The notes under the pieces are model-generated. The model saw nothing but the letters and a program-made list of their open reading frames with translations, was not told where the DNA came from and did no database searches. From positions 2,159,249-2,223,248 of the forward strand of contig BDGG01000005.1 of assembly GCA_001949185.1 (NCBI GenBank): a stretch of DNA of 64,000 bases. Direction: 5' to 3'. A program made the translations under genes and the position numbers. Positions 51,040 to 62,786 of this stretch are shown in pieces. The DNA is from Ramazzottius varieornatus (taxonomy: Eukaryota; Animalia; Tardigrada). Positions within the stretch are counted from its first letter, which is position 1, and every line of letters begins with the position of its first letter.

Positions 51040-53441
51040 ATGAACCAGGAATCACCACCCGAGCCGCTCGTCTCTCTGGAGAAAGCCAAACCTGCCAAAA
51101 AGTCTTTCGTTCCTACGCCCGTATTTGGCCATTCCCACCCTTCGGATATCCATGAAGAACCGGTTGACTTTGACGATATTCCAGAACAAGCTCAGTTGGA
51201 CTACGAGCACCGGCATTCGTGTACCGCTCGTTTGGATCTGTGGATAACTGACCTGGTGGCCCGCCACCGGACATCGATATGGTGGCTGACCATCTGCACA
51301 TGCGTGATTCCCCTTTCTATATTCTTCGCTATAGAGTAAGCACAGCGTTTATTGGAGAAGAATATCACGTCTGAAATTGATGCAAATGTACTGGCATCTT
51401 TCTGGTTGAAATTGTTTGAACTTCACTGCGCATTACATAACAACGTCTCCATCTGCAGCGCGCCGTTTCTCTACGTGAATGTTTCACCTGTTCCACCACT
51501 GCTTGTGGCTGGCCTGTTCGGACTATGCGCCTTACTGTTCGTTTCAACGTCCTTCATGGACCCGGGAACCATCAAGCCGTATTCCGTGGAAATGAATATG
51601 GCGCTTGAGGTGGATCTTCGTAAGTGCCCGGTTTAACTAAAATTACATGACTTTCATCTCAAGTGGCGCACGTTTCAATTGTGGTTGGCTGGAGGGGCGC
51701 GCTACTTGAGATGACCATCTTGTACGCTTTGTTTTCCGGTCTCCCAAATGAATGTATCGGTCCGGCATTGTTCTCGTGTATAGAGAACGAACAAAAGGTC
51801 GATTACGATAAGCCTTGCTACGTGGTGGCGTCGGGAACCATCAGACCGCAGTGGTCCGTCAAGCGGCAGTATACGTGGGTCGTCAACGGGCAGGAAGTCC
51901 TGACAGACTGGTGTTACCACTGCAATATCTACAAGCCACCTCGTGTACATCATTGTAAGCTTTGTGGAAGATGCATCGGCAAGTCTATCGCTAGAAACAA
52001 GTTAGATCTTTCGCCTTTAGCTTCCCACTTACAATCAAGAAAATTATACAATACAATGTGTTTCTCTTTCTTTTTGCAGAACGTTTCGACCATCATGTGA
52101 GTAAGTTGTCTCTCGTGTGTCGTTTGAATGTTTCACTTCCGATGGTGAGAAGTATCCGCATTGTAACGTCCTTGTAGTGTCCATGGTTGGATAACTGTGT
52201 GGGAATTCGGAATCACAGATGGTTCATCCTACTGTTGATCTTGTACGGGCTCATGTGGATTATCCTGCCGATCTCCTCCGTTATTCATATTGTGCTACGT
52301 ACGTTGACGGTCTTGACCAGTACGTTGCTTTACGCGATACGAGAGCTTTAAAGTACTTTCTCGTCCATTCAAGCTCCGTTGAGCTAGCAAGACAGTTGGT
52401 TGCAGGAGGGATAATGTCGGCAGCCCAGTGGAGCGAACTGTTGTTCGTCATCAGCACAATTCTGCAAATTGTGGCTGCAGCTGGAAACCTTCACTTTCTC
52501 TTTGTGCTTCTTATGTGTCAGCACGACCTACTGAAGCTCGGCCTAACCGTCCATGAATTTGTAAGTGCCTCAAAAACTTCTGGTAGCAACATAAAAATGA
52601 ATGGAATTATTGACTGTATGTTGACAGAAAACGGATAAATACTTCAACCGGACACTTCACAAATTCCGAAGTCCGTTTGACCGAGGATCTCTGTGGGGGA
52701 ACATCAAAGACGCTTGCTGGAATCCTTGGCGTCCCAAGTGAGTCATTCGTGGTGTACACTTCATCACCTAGGAGCTCGGCAAAATACTGTAAACTCGACA
52801 AGATTGCTTCTCCAAGTGACGCACGTTCCCAGCTAAAAACGTTGAAACCGTGCTCCACTTACGAAGTCGAGTTCCCGGTTATGGAAATCATTTACGTACC
52901 AGCGAACCTTTCATGGCGATAGCGACCATCTTTCTCTAGGCGAATAGGACCAAAGAGTGCGGTGCATGATCTTGCAACACTCTGCGACCTTCCCGACAAT
53001 CCATTCCCTCCACCAGCCATCGTTGCTCCAGAGCAACAAGTTTTGGGTCCTCCGCCGGCGAAGACACCGACGCAACATCAGCAGCAACAAGTGGTGCCAC
53101 AGGTAATCAGTCAGATCAAGTCTACTCTAAGTGTGAAACCTCAGACCGCGACGTCTTCACATCACTCTCAGAAACTACAGCCTGCATCCAGTCAGAAAAG
53201 CCGCGTGTCGGGTAGAATTTCGCCAAAACGTCCTGCTCCAAAGCAGCCGTCGCCTGCTACTTCAGCTCATTCTGGCCCTGTCCTGTCAACTGACGTCGTC
53301 CCTGCACTTGGGTTCTCCGAAGCTGAACGGAGAGCAGCCGAACCGGAGGTGCAGATCAAGCCAAATGCATCGCGACCTGTGTCGCGTGGTTCTGGTCATT
53401 TCACTATTGAAGTGTCTCCGGCGCCGCCCACTGAAGTCTAG
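51040..53441 (+). CDS. DHHC palmitoyltransferase, ZDHHC9/14/18 (Erf2)-like, multi-exon
   Basis: TSFMDPG, VNGQEV...[23 protein letters not shown]|ERFDHH|[22 protein letters not shown] (TTxE-like); four hydrophobic segments; Pro/Gln-rich tail. Confidence 0.92.
51655..51744. repeat. Palindromic element in ZDHHC intron
   Basis: catctcaagtggcgcac-25-gcgcgctacttgagatg. Confidence 0.85.
52771..52874. repeat. Palindromic element in last ZDHHC intron
   Basis: ggagctcggcaaa...aaactcgacaagattg...caagtgacgcac-25-gtgctccactt. Confidence 0.85.
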
Positions 53442-53667
53442 CAAATCATTCTCCAATCGGTACCATTTCGGGGGAAAACTTGCCTTAATGTTTCGGCCTT
53501 TCTTTTTCCTTTAGTTTTCCCCGGTTGAATATTTTTCTTCAATTTCATTCTACTGTTTGGAAAAAATATAGAGCCTAGAAAAGTTTCCTATGCAGTACAC
53601 CCAGTGTAAAATTCACGCAAAATATTTCTAATTACTGATATTTTGTTATTTTCCGCTATGATGCTAT

Positions 53668-56600
53668 TCACTTCTGCCAGTCGTGTGATTGGTTTTTCCC
53701 TGTCAAAAAATAAGTGGTCATAAGCCCTTTTCCTTTCACGTTGATTGGTCCTCTACATTCGAATGAGTATCCCAACGGCTCGAGAGTCCTGTAAACGTCC
53801 TCCGTCACTTGAATCTTGTTAGGCTCCCCAGTGGACTCCATGCGTGAACTGCAAACCAAAGTGTTGTAAATATAGTACGAAGTCAGTGCTTGAAGCTAGT
53901 AAGAACAAGCTAAACGTTACGGACCTGATGTTGACGGAGTTTCCCCAGATGTCGTACTGGGGCTTCTTGGCGCCTATAACGCCGGCTACGACTGGCCCCA
54001 TGCTTAGACCTGTGCCAACAGAGGACGTGGTTGGTTGGATCGTTCTAATGAACGAGGTTGGGTTTGGAAATGTACCTATACGAAGGGTGAATGAATTGAA
54101 GGAATGTTCGTTGACGCTTTCAAGCTGGTCCCTAATGGCCATCGCGTAGTCCGCCAACTGAGCCACGTGACGGAATCGGTGATGGTCACTCGTGCCTTTT
54201 GTCAAACCGGAAGCAGCCATGTAGCATTCGCCGATGGTCTTGATTTTCTCCACAGTATCAAACCGAGGCTCTGCCAGCAACTAAAAAACGGAAGAAATGA
54301 TCTAAACGCCCGATATGAAATAAAATCATGATAGCGAAAATCGGACCTAGACTAACACACACACACACGTGGCGCACGTGTGTTTCCAAGTGGCGCACGT
54401 CTCAGTCGATATCACTAAAACTTTGCGCCACTTGGTAAAATAATCTTGTCGAGCTTGTTTGCCGAGGCATTAAATGATGACTTACTTTGTCGAAATCAAC
54501 CAGGATTTCGTTGAGCAGTCTCAGGCATTCAACGCCTTCCTTATTGGCTTCCAGTTCGACGTAAAATTCGGAGAAGTTCGTAATCTTGGCAAACATGATG
54601 CAGGCGTTGTCGCAGAGTTCCGCGTAGAGGTCTTCGTTCTTCCGGTCGATCTGCAGGAAATGATCGGCCACGTGGGCCGGTAAGATGTTGAGAACCAATG
54701 TTTTGTTGTAAGCTTGCAACTTTTCCATCTCATCTTTCTCGTCATTGGCCTGGAGAGGATACAAAGCCATTTATTTGCACCGTATGAATTTCTGGCACTT
54801 CCACCCCAAAGTCTATACCTGCATTTTCCAGAGGAAGTCCAACCGTAGCATGGATTCAATCTGGTATCCATGTGCGGAAATGAGAACCACGAAGAGTAAA
54901 AGGACGCCGAAGATACTCCATTTGGTGGCAACAAAATTGCCAAGGCAGGAACTACGAAAGAACAAAGCTCGTTAACTTTGTTACCGGTATTGTTCGTAGT
55001 ATGCATGTATGGTAAGCTCTCACTTGAGACAGTAATCCGCAACGGTATCTCGGTAATCCAGCTCCCCGAGGAAATGAGTGAAGAAGATAACTATCACAGT
55101 GATGGATGTAATACCGCTGGTGATTACCACCTTCATAATGGTGTTGAGCAAGCTGAAGACGGAACAGGAAAGCATGGCAGCCAGGACGCTCAGCAGGACG
55201 AACTAGAAGAAAGAACACTCATAAGACCGGAAGTCCTCCGCCGGAGTAGCTTCGAAAGGTTGATTGGGCACAACAATGTAGAACTCACAGTGGGTTTTTC
55301 CCCTTGGTAGACCGCATTACAAGCATCCCTGCTTGGATATTTCGGTGAGTCGGCCAAGGGTTCTCTATCTGATATCACAGTGAACATCTGGCTTTGAAAG
55401 AGTTTCGGCGCTTCAGTGGAACTCGTAAGCTCAGCCGCAGAGGTCCAGTTGAGGCAAGAAGCCTCCGCATGATGAGCCGGCCATCCACCTACGAAAACCT
55501 GGAGAAAACAAACTCTAGCAAACCATGTTAGACGGAGTATCGCGCTTTCTTTCCGAAGGTGGAAGGCAGCTTACGTAGGCCAAGGCAAGGAATGTTGTGA
55601 TGACCGTCATGATCAAGGCCACGGCTTGACCGGCAGATCGACGACGGGAAAAGACAGAAACCACTCTTCGTAACCCTTTCGGTAAGTAGTGCCATTTCTC
55701 CAGCGCCGGTGGTAGAAGAAGAAGAAAGAGCAGGATGATACTACCCAACAACATCAATGCGTGCAAGTTCGACCTGTGAGGAAAAGCCATTCACTTGACT
55801 TCAAACGTAAAGTCTTTCGCCGAATAAAGCTTACATGCTTGTCGAGGAAAGGATGACTTGAGCAATAATGATCACTATCCCGAGAATGAACGCACTGAGG
55901 ACGTAAAACCCAAACATTGCATCCCTCGTCGCCGAAAACTATGAAATTAAGCCGGTTTCAGGACAAATCTCTTCATGAAGGCAAGGTTGGAAATTCCTTA
56001 CCTTCTTTTCGCTTTCCAGGTTTCGGAATGTCAGAAGCTTTCCATTGCAATGTTCGGCTCGTAGTCTCTCGATGCTTCGCGCATCGATGGCTCTGCTGAG
56101 GTACTCCAAGATATCTTCCTGTGGATCCTTGACCACTTCCTTCTCGGACAGCTCGCTAAGACCCAACTTGTTCCTCACAGCCGCCCCCGTGTCACGCCCT
56201 TCAGCATTGCCATCCCGATTTCGGTTCTTGAAGGAAGACTTGTTCCTGGAACCGGTTCTTCGCTGGCTAAGGTCGCGGCGGATAGCTGTGGTCCTTCGAC
56301 TACCCGATGTGATGAAGTACGTCTTAACGTTGTTCTGTCGTAAGTAAGGGTTGTTGGTTCCTCCTTCCGAAGGTTCCACTTCGTAGTCCGTCCCGATGCA
56401 GCTCAACGTAGCATCGCTAATGTGTATCCTCCTGAAGGTGAAAAAATATTGACTGTTAATAGTCCTACCGGAACCTGATTGGGTTAGATCCTCTTTCAGA
56501 AAGTGGATAGTAATGTGATTACGAAATGTTGTTTCATTACCGAAAGCCTTTTGAGTGATATGGATTGTACTGGAGTACTGGAGCTTAGTTTAATGACCAA

Positions 56601-59600
56601 TTTTATAAATTTACATGTTCGTCTGTATCGATTGGATTTTTATGGTGATGTTGCTTTCAAGCAGCCAAAAAGTGACACAGTCATTGAGTCGGGTATAATG
56701 GATGGAATCTAATTACCCGGGAGTTCCAGACTGCTCCATATTGCTTCCCACCGTCACATCGTTACTCCATACATCGTATTGCCATTTACTCTTGCCTAGC
56801 ACTCCGCAATGAACTCTTCCGCTGTGTATTCCCACACGCATATCCAGACCTTCAACGCCCGTCACATCTCGTACTAACTTAATTGCTTCGATCATGTCCA
56901 GTCCCATCTCTGTCGGACGAAAAAAAAGGCTCGACAGTTTTTCCCACTCGTCGATAGTATGCAATGCCAGTAATCAATCTTGAAGGTCGCTGAACAGAAT
57001 TGACCCATTTCCGTGCTCCTGCATATCGGCTGTCCTTGGAGAACAGCGGGATATTGTCTGCAGGTTCATGACGGAAAGGGCCATTGGGTTCAAGAACTTC
57101 CCCAACGAAATGGCACGCTCTCATAGACCTGAATACTTGAGTACCTTAGCGAAAGAAAAACTTAGTGCATGCAGAATCGTGAAAGCGAGACATTTTTCAC
57201 TTCATTGATGGGAAGTCATCGATTACTCGACACACATCTCCGAAGGAAATGTCGTTTGACATAAGGAGGACATTACTGTACTCCAGGCATGTCCTTCGAA
57301 GCGGAAAAATATTGACACGCACCAACACAATTTTGGGCGTGGTCGGGTCGGAAATCTGGCAGTCCAGAGACGCAGTAATAACAGTCTCCCAGAAGCTTGA
57401 TCCGCAGACAGTTGTTCTCTTCACAGAGCCGATCGAAGCGCCCGAATAGTTCATTTAACAAGCGCACGAGCTCGTCAGCATTACACTGGGATGACAGGAC
57501 CGTAAACCCACAAATGTCAGCGAATAAGATGCTGTAAACAGAACCGTATTTCCCAACACAATTCCCACACTTTTCAAAAGATATCGTGAAGGGATCCGCG
57601 GATAGATGCCGGCACACTAAGCGTACATTGTCGCAAGTGGCGCACACTCTTAGCCAGTAACAACCAAAACGTGCGCCACTTGAGAGAACGATCTGGTCGA
57701 GTTTGGTTGCCGCGACCGATCCAATATCCATCTGAACGATCACTTTTCATTAAAGTTTTCACATGAATTAGTCTTAGAGAGAAAAGAGAACATTCATCAA
57801 ATAAGAATATTTCTGTGTCTTACCTAACGTTGTCGTGCCGTTGAATATAAATTTTCTCAAACATTGTATCTTTCGGTTGTTTCCCCGCAATGTCGGCTTT
57901 CATCTCCATTGCCACGTGTCTTGGTAAGACAGACAGGAGAAGTCTTTCCTAAAAAAACAGAACAAACCATATCAGTCCTTCCCGTCATGGAGGAGGAAGG
58001 TCGCTGGGATTGCCGCAAGCGATCGTGGCTCCTCTAATCGACATGCTTATTTTCTTCGTGCTAATTTGCAGCATCTGTTTAGCTAAATGGTGTGATACTA
58101 CGTCAAGCGCATCGTTAATCTTGAACTACTTAGAAAAAGTCACCCATAAAAAATTCCTGTGCTAATCGCCAAGTCTAGCCACAAATTTGTCCGATCGGGA
58201 AATCTCATCTATCTGTCTGGTCCTAAGCTTCATCTGGAAAACCTCAGCGTCACGAGGAGAAGCCCATTCGGAAATCTCGAAACTATAGTTCAATCCGACG
58301 GAAGTCACGCTTTACGATTAAGAGGGTCCTTGCAGAACAATTCCAGTCAAAGCTTACTTGTTGTTCGTTCTCTCTCTGAGATTGCAGTCGGGACTCGATG
58401 CACTGCCGGGTCTCTAGAAACGCTTGACGCTGGGTGATCTCGGTTGACAGATGCGTAAAAAATCCGGCGAAATGGCAGCCTGAAAGGATTCAAATGAACG
58501 AGCTTATATGTAATTCATCAGTCCAAGACTGACAAAGTGTTTTCAATCCCATCAAATAGTTATGCGTTCTTACCAGCGTATAGGATGGCAATCGCAAGGA
58601 CCTACAAAATAAGCCCGTTTGGACCATAATTCGCGCACGCCGCACAACGGCGAAGTGGGACACCCTACTTCATGACACCAAAGTCGGTCACCCCCACAAA
58701 ATTTCCCCCTTTTTTAGACAAGGTCATTGGGAAACGATCGGTTTTCGTCACATGAATCTGAAATGGGTACGGAACATGGGTCATTTTTTGTACTATGTTC
58801 TGGGTGACCGACGAGAGAGGTGCCCGGCTTTGCTGGCTTGTCTCGTGTAGAGTGAATTCAAACGAGACTGATGCGTCAGTGCTCATTATGCGTTATCAGT
58901 GCGGATCCCAGTGTCTGTGAAGACCCTCATGAGGTCGATCAGATATCAGCGGGGAAGTTTTAGTCTCGATCTAGCGATTTCTTTCTGGCACACGATTATT
59001 TCGAGCTTGCGGTTTATGAAGTGTAAATGTAGGATGGACGAGCACATCACTTACCTCCCGCCAGATCGATGCGGCGTCTGTTCGATCCGTCAACATGACT
59101 ATCAGCAGATGAAGCGTACAAAGGATGATACCACCAACAAATGCTCCGAAGATTGAAATTGGCAGGAGTGTATAGGCACAATAGACGAAGAAAATGGTCA
59201 GCCATGAGCCGGTGGTAGGCGTAATAGGCCCCGATTCCAGCAGGAATATGCCCTGCAGAATACACAACAAGGCATTTCGCCGATATTAAGCTTTCTTTGT
59301 CCTGTTACCGGTAATTGGATCCCTCAACGTACCGGTGCAGGCATAACCGGGTATATCCCATGACAGGATCGTGATCGATATGCAAAGATTGAAGACCTAC
59401 CTGGATGATAATCATGATAATCAAAAGACCGTAAGACGTCAGCGAGATTAGCGCCGGTCGGAAATACCGCTGTTCCACCACCATCTCCAACAACAGGAAA
59501 AAGCCGAATAGCGCGGTGAACACGATACCCGTCGTTATGGTTTTCCTTCCGCCGCCGTAATGCATCCCGATGAGCAGTATCATCAAAACCATCAAGATTG

Positions 59601-59929
59601 CCAGAAGCGCCGCACATCTTCCTTGATTTAGCCTCAGCACGTATTTCTAGGAAAAAGAATAAAGTGATTAAATTTCAAAATACAGTTTTTATTTTCCCAG
59701 TTGCGCACGGTTTCTGCGTTATCAGCTGCAACCGTGCGCGACTTAGTGAGCTCGACAAGATCGTTCTCTCAAGCGACGCACGCTGTCCGCTAGTAGCGCT
59801 GTAACAGTGCGCCACTTGAGTCAAGGATCTGGGCGAAACCATTCGCCGGCGGTCCATTTGACGTACCTGGTATAAATATTCAAGCTTTGGGCTCTGGAAT
59901 AATCGAAATCGGCTGATTTTCTGAAGCAT
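53668..59929 (-). CDS. Transmembrane adenylyl cyclase, ADCY5/6-like, multi-exon; 5' end uncertain (further exons possible to ~60.4 kb)
   Basis: KLEYLYQ.Y.LRLNQ; C1 [11 protein letters not shown]...LNELFGRFD...[45 protein letters not shown]; C1b [14 protein letters not shown] (type 5/6 signature); C2 [57 protein letters not shown]. Confidence 0.95.
54368..54468. repeat. Palindromic element in adenylyl cyclase intron (next to a short CA repeat)
   Basis: caagtggcgcac-24-ttgcgccacttgg...atcttgtcgagcttgtttgccgag. Confidence 0.85.
57628..57717. repeat. Palindromic element in adenylyl cyclase intron
   Basis: caagtggcgcac-25-gtgcgccacttgagagaacgatctggtcgagtttggttgccg. Confidence 0.88.
59692..59836. 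repeat. Dimeric palindromic element in adenylyl cyclase intron
   Basis: Units at 59698 and 59771, both with spacer 25. Confidence 0.85.
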
Positions 59930-61729
59930 CCTGGTACCGCAGTCGATCAGCTGGAATAGCCAAGAGAGATTATACGAGGAACCATTTACCTCAAGGGCAG
60001 CTCACTATGGTTTCTGCGATTAACATCTCGTGAGCCTTCCTTGAAGCCTAAACGGGGTGATAATTCTCGGTAAAAAACGTAAGTCAATTGCAAAATCGTT
60101 GACAGGCATTATCGTATACGTAAAAGAAGGTTTGAAAGGTCGAGTATATGCTGTGGGATTCGGAGAACGTTTCGTGACACACGAACAGACGATATACAAA
60201 TGTTATGGCTGGTGATGTTGCTGCATACTGAGATACCTCGGGAGCCATGATATTGTCAGGCGGGTAGGATCCGTACGGAGGCGTATAGAAGGCTGGAGTC
60301 GGATCCGGCGTACGTGCTATTTGTGCTGGGAGCTGTTGAATTTGGGAACAAATTCCCCTCCTTGGACGGAGTAAGTACGATCATTCACCAGGACAGACGG
60401 CTCGTCAGGGACCGTAGAGGAGACATATTTACGGTCTCCGTGATGCCATGAAGTGCAGCAGGTCCTCCTTGAAACCTCTTCAGCAGCGGGATCGATCCCT
60501 CTATAGATCTTTATCGCATTGGGGATGCAGAGTCGATCGTTATATCGTGAGCTTACGCGTACTGTACTGGCGCACCGGAAGCGCTCAGTGCAACCACGAC
60601 GAATGGCACTGCGCCTTTCTCACACAACAGACCGGACGGATGAAATAAACCAGGAGTAAATAAGTGCATACAACCTATCCCAGGCGCGAAGTTTCAGGAT
60701 AACAAGCCAAGCAGAAGTTACAAAACAGTAAAGGAATTCCATCATTCACGACCTTTCCTCCAGAGGACAGCGGGGCTGACCAGCGCACCCTCTGACTAGA
60801 CCATGGCCAACCTCACGGGATACATGAAGATGAAAAACAGATCTAATGGCCCTGAATTCCGACCGTCTGACCTGTGGATTAATTTTCCTTCGTCCCGATT
60901 TGATGGTCGTTCGTTTTGTCAATTGTTTGATGTCTGTGCTGTACGTACTTCGCTTCCTCGTCGGCGCATGCAAATCTGGGGCCGCGCGGTTTCATGCCGC
61001 GAAATAAATTTGTGCAGTCCCGGATGTGGTCTTGGACTCGCGGTGTGTCCGGTAGATCACCTTTCCGACACGAGATTGGAGCTCTATCGAATTTCTGTCA
61101 GGGATTTGAGCAAGACTAATTTTGAGTCAGGTTCAATTTGAACACCATGGATGAGCGTGGCACATGCAACTTGACATGAGGAGCAATGCAGATCGACAAG
61201 TGTCTGTTTATTCGAGACTCGGGCAGTAATTTGCAATAAATTATATGTCAATATTATTAATTACTATTTTTATTTTTATTATTGTTGTGTACAGTTGGTG
61301 CTTTCGTATTTTTCAGTGTTCTATCAAATTGTCCGCGGTCAGGCCAGTGAATAAATTGATAAATTGATCGATGATTTTTGAAACGCGTTAATCGTAGTTT
61401 AACGGAAAATAACCAGTGACACATTTCCATTTGACATAATCTTCAGAAACCAGGCAGTGCAGAGTCGAGTCGCAGTATTTCCTCAAGCTTTTCGAGTTGG
61501 AGGCAGCAAAGCTAACCCCGATGGCGATAAACAAGGACCACTTTTTGTCGTTGAAGAACACTGCCAGAAGACAGCATGTTCGGTCCGACGGACGATGCGT
61601 GAACAAAAGCAGGGCCTGTCCAAAATAAACCTGGGATATGCAAGTATAACTTCTGAAAATCCGGCCAACGCGTTTCGGCAGGATGGAAGAACCATGCGTC
61701 CTTAGTCGAGAAGAAGATGCAAATTTTAC

Positions 61730-62066
61730 CTTTGGATGTCGTATGATGACTCGTATCCCCTTTCTTCACTCTCTTCGTAAGCGATGATTCTCTTGCTGAT
61801 CTTTTTCCCAGTCCGAATCCATACCGAACTCTCTGGGCCACATTCTTATTGTACTGGGCCAGAGCAAAATTTAGCATTTCCTTTCTGCGGGCTTTCAGCT
61901 GGAACATCCGTAGACGACGCCAAGGTCCAAGCCCCGCTGATAAGTCCAGTGTGGGTCGTCCGTTGTCCTTGGGTCTTGGGCCCACCACCATATAGCATAA
62001 ACCAATATCCACTAGTTGCAATATCACCAAAACAAACTGCACAGATGCGCAATTCCGCAAATACAT
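61730..62066 (-). CDS. Neuropeptide precursor exon: signal peptide + CRF/DH44-like peptide ending in allatostatin-A-type YGFGL-amide (continues after a donor at 61729, possibly to 61483)
   Basis: Hydrophobic N-terminus (VQFVLVILQLVDIGLC); RYGFGL-G-KR amidation/cleavage site at 61800-61826; further KR/KK sites downstream. Confidence 0.75.
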
Positions 62067-62786
62067 CTTCCCAGTAGACGATCACAAAAGAGTTGAAAAC
62101 AGCGCATTGCATATGGAAAAATTACACTCATGAAAATAGTCCTTTTCGGGTGAGACTACTTGTAGGTCTCGGCGACGCCTTGAAAATAATTGTGAGCCCT
62201 GCAGAAAACGCACCTGGAAATACTCCCAAATTCAAAAGAAGCGATCAAGCATGGTGAGAGTAGCGGCGTGGCGTTGTAGGTCTTTGAAAGATGCAACAAT
62301 TTGTAGCGCATTTCGCTAATTTGCCGGTTGAACTAAAATGAAGAAGTTAACAACTTCAGTCATGTACTCGTACTGATTCCACGAACTTGCCGATGAAGCC
62401 GCCGGTAACTCTGTAAGTCTCGTACCATTTCCAATCGGGATACTGGCGTCATATAACCGTTCCCTTTTCCACGTTCGTCTACCAAGGAAGGTTTTTTCAA
62501 TTTTTCCATCAGGTTTTTCCAGTTGCGCGCCAGACTCGCATACGATTCCAGTTCCTATTTAGAGCCAACGAAGAGTGATAACAACCGGCTTTATGCATTC
62601 TTCTAGGTACCGGGGACGCATTTTTCGAATTCAGTGGAAGGAGTGACACACTTACATATCCCGAAACCAGAACAGACTCGAATATAACAGAAAACGTCGA
62701 GGACAAGCTAATTGACAAGTTTGACTCATCTGATCGAAGTGCCCAGCTATAAACAGCCGCACCCAAATCAGCCTACACTACATAAA

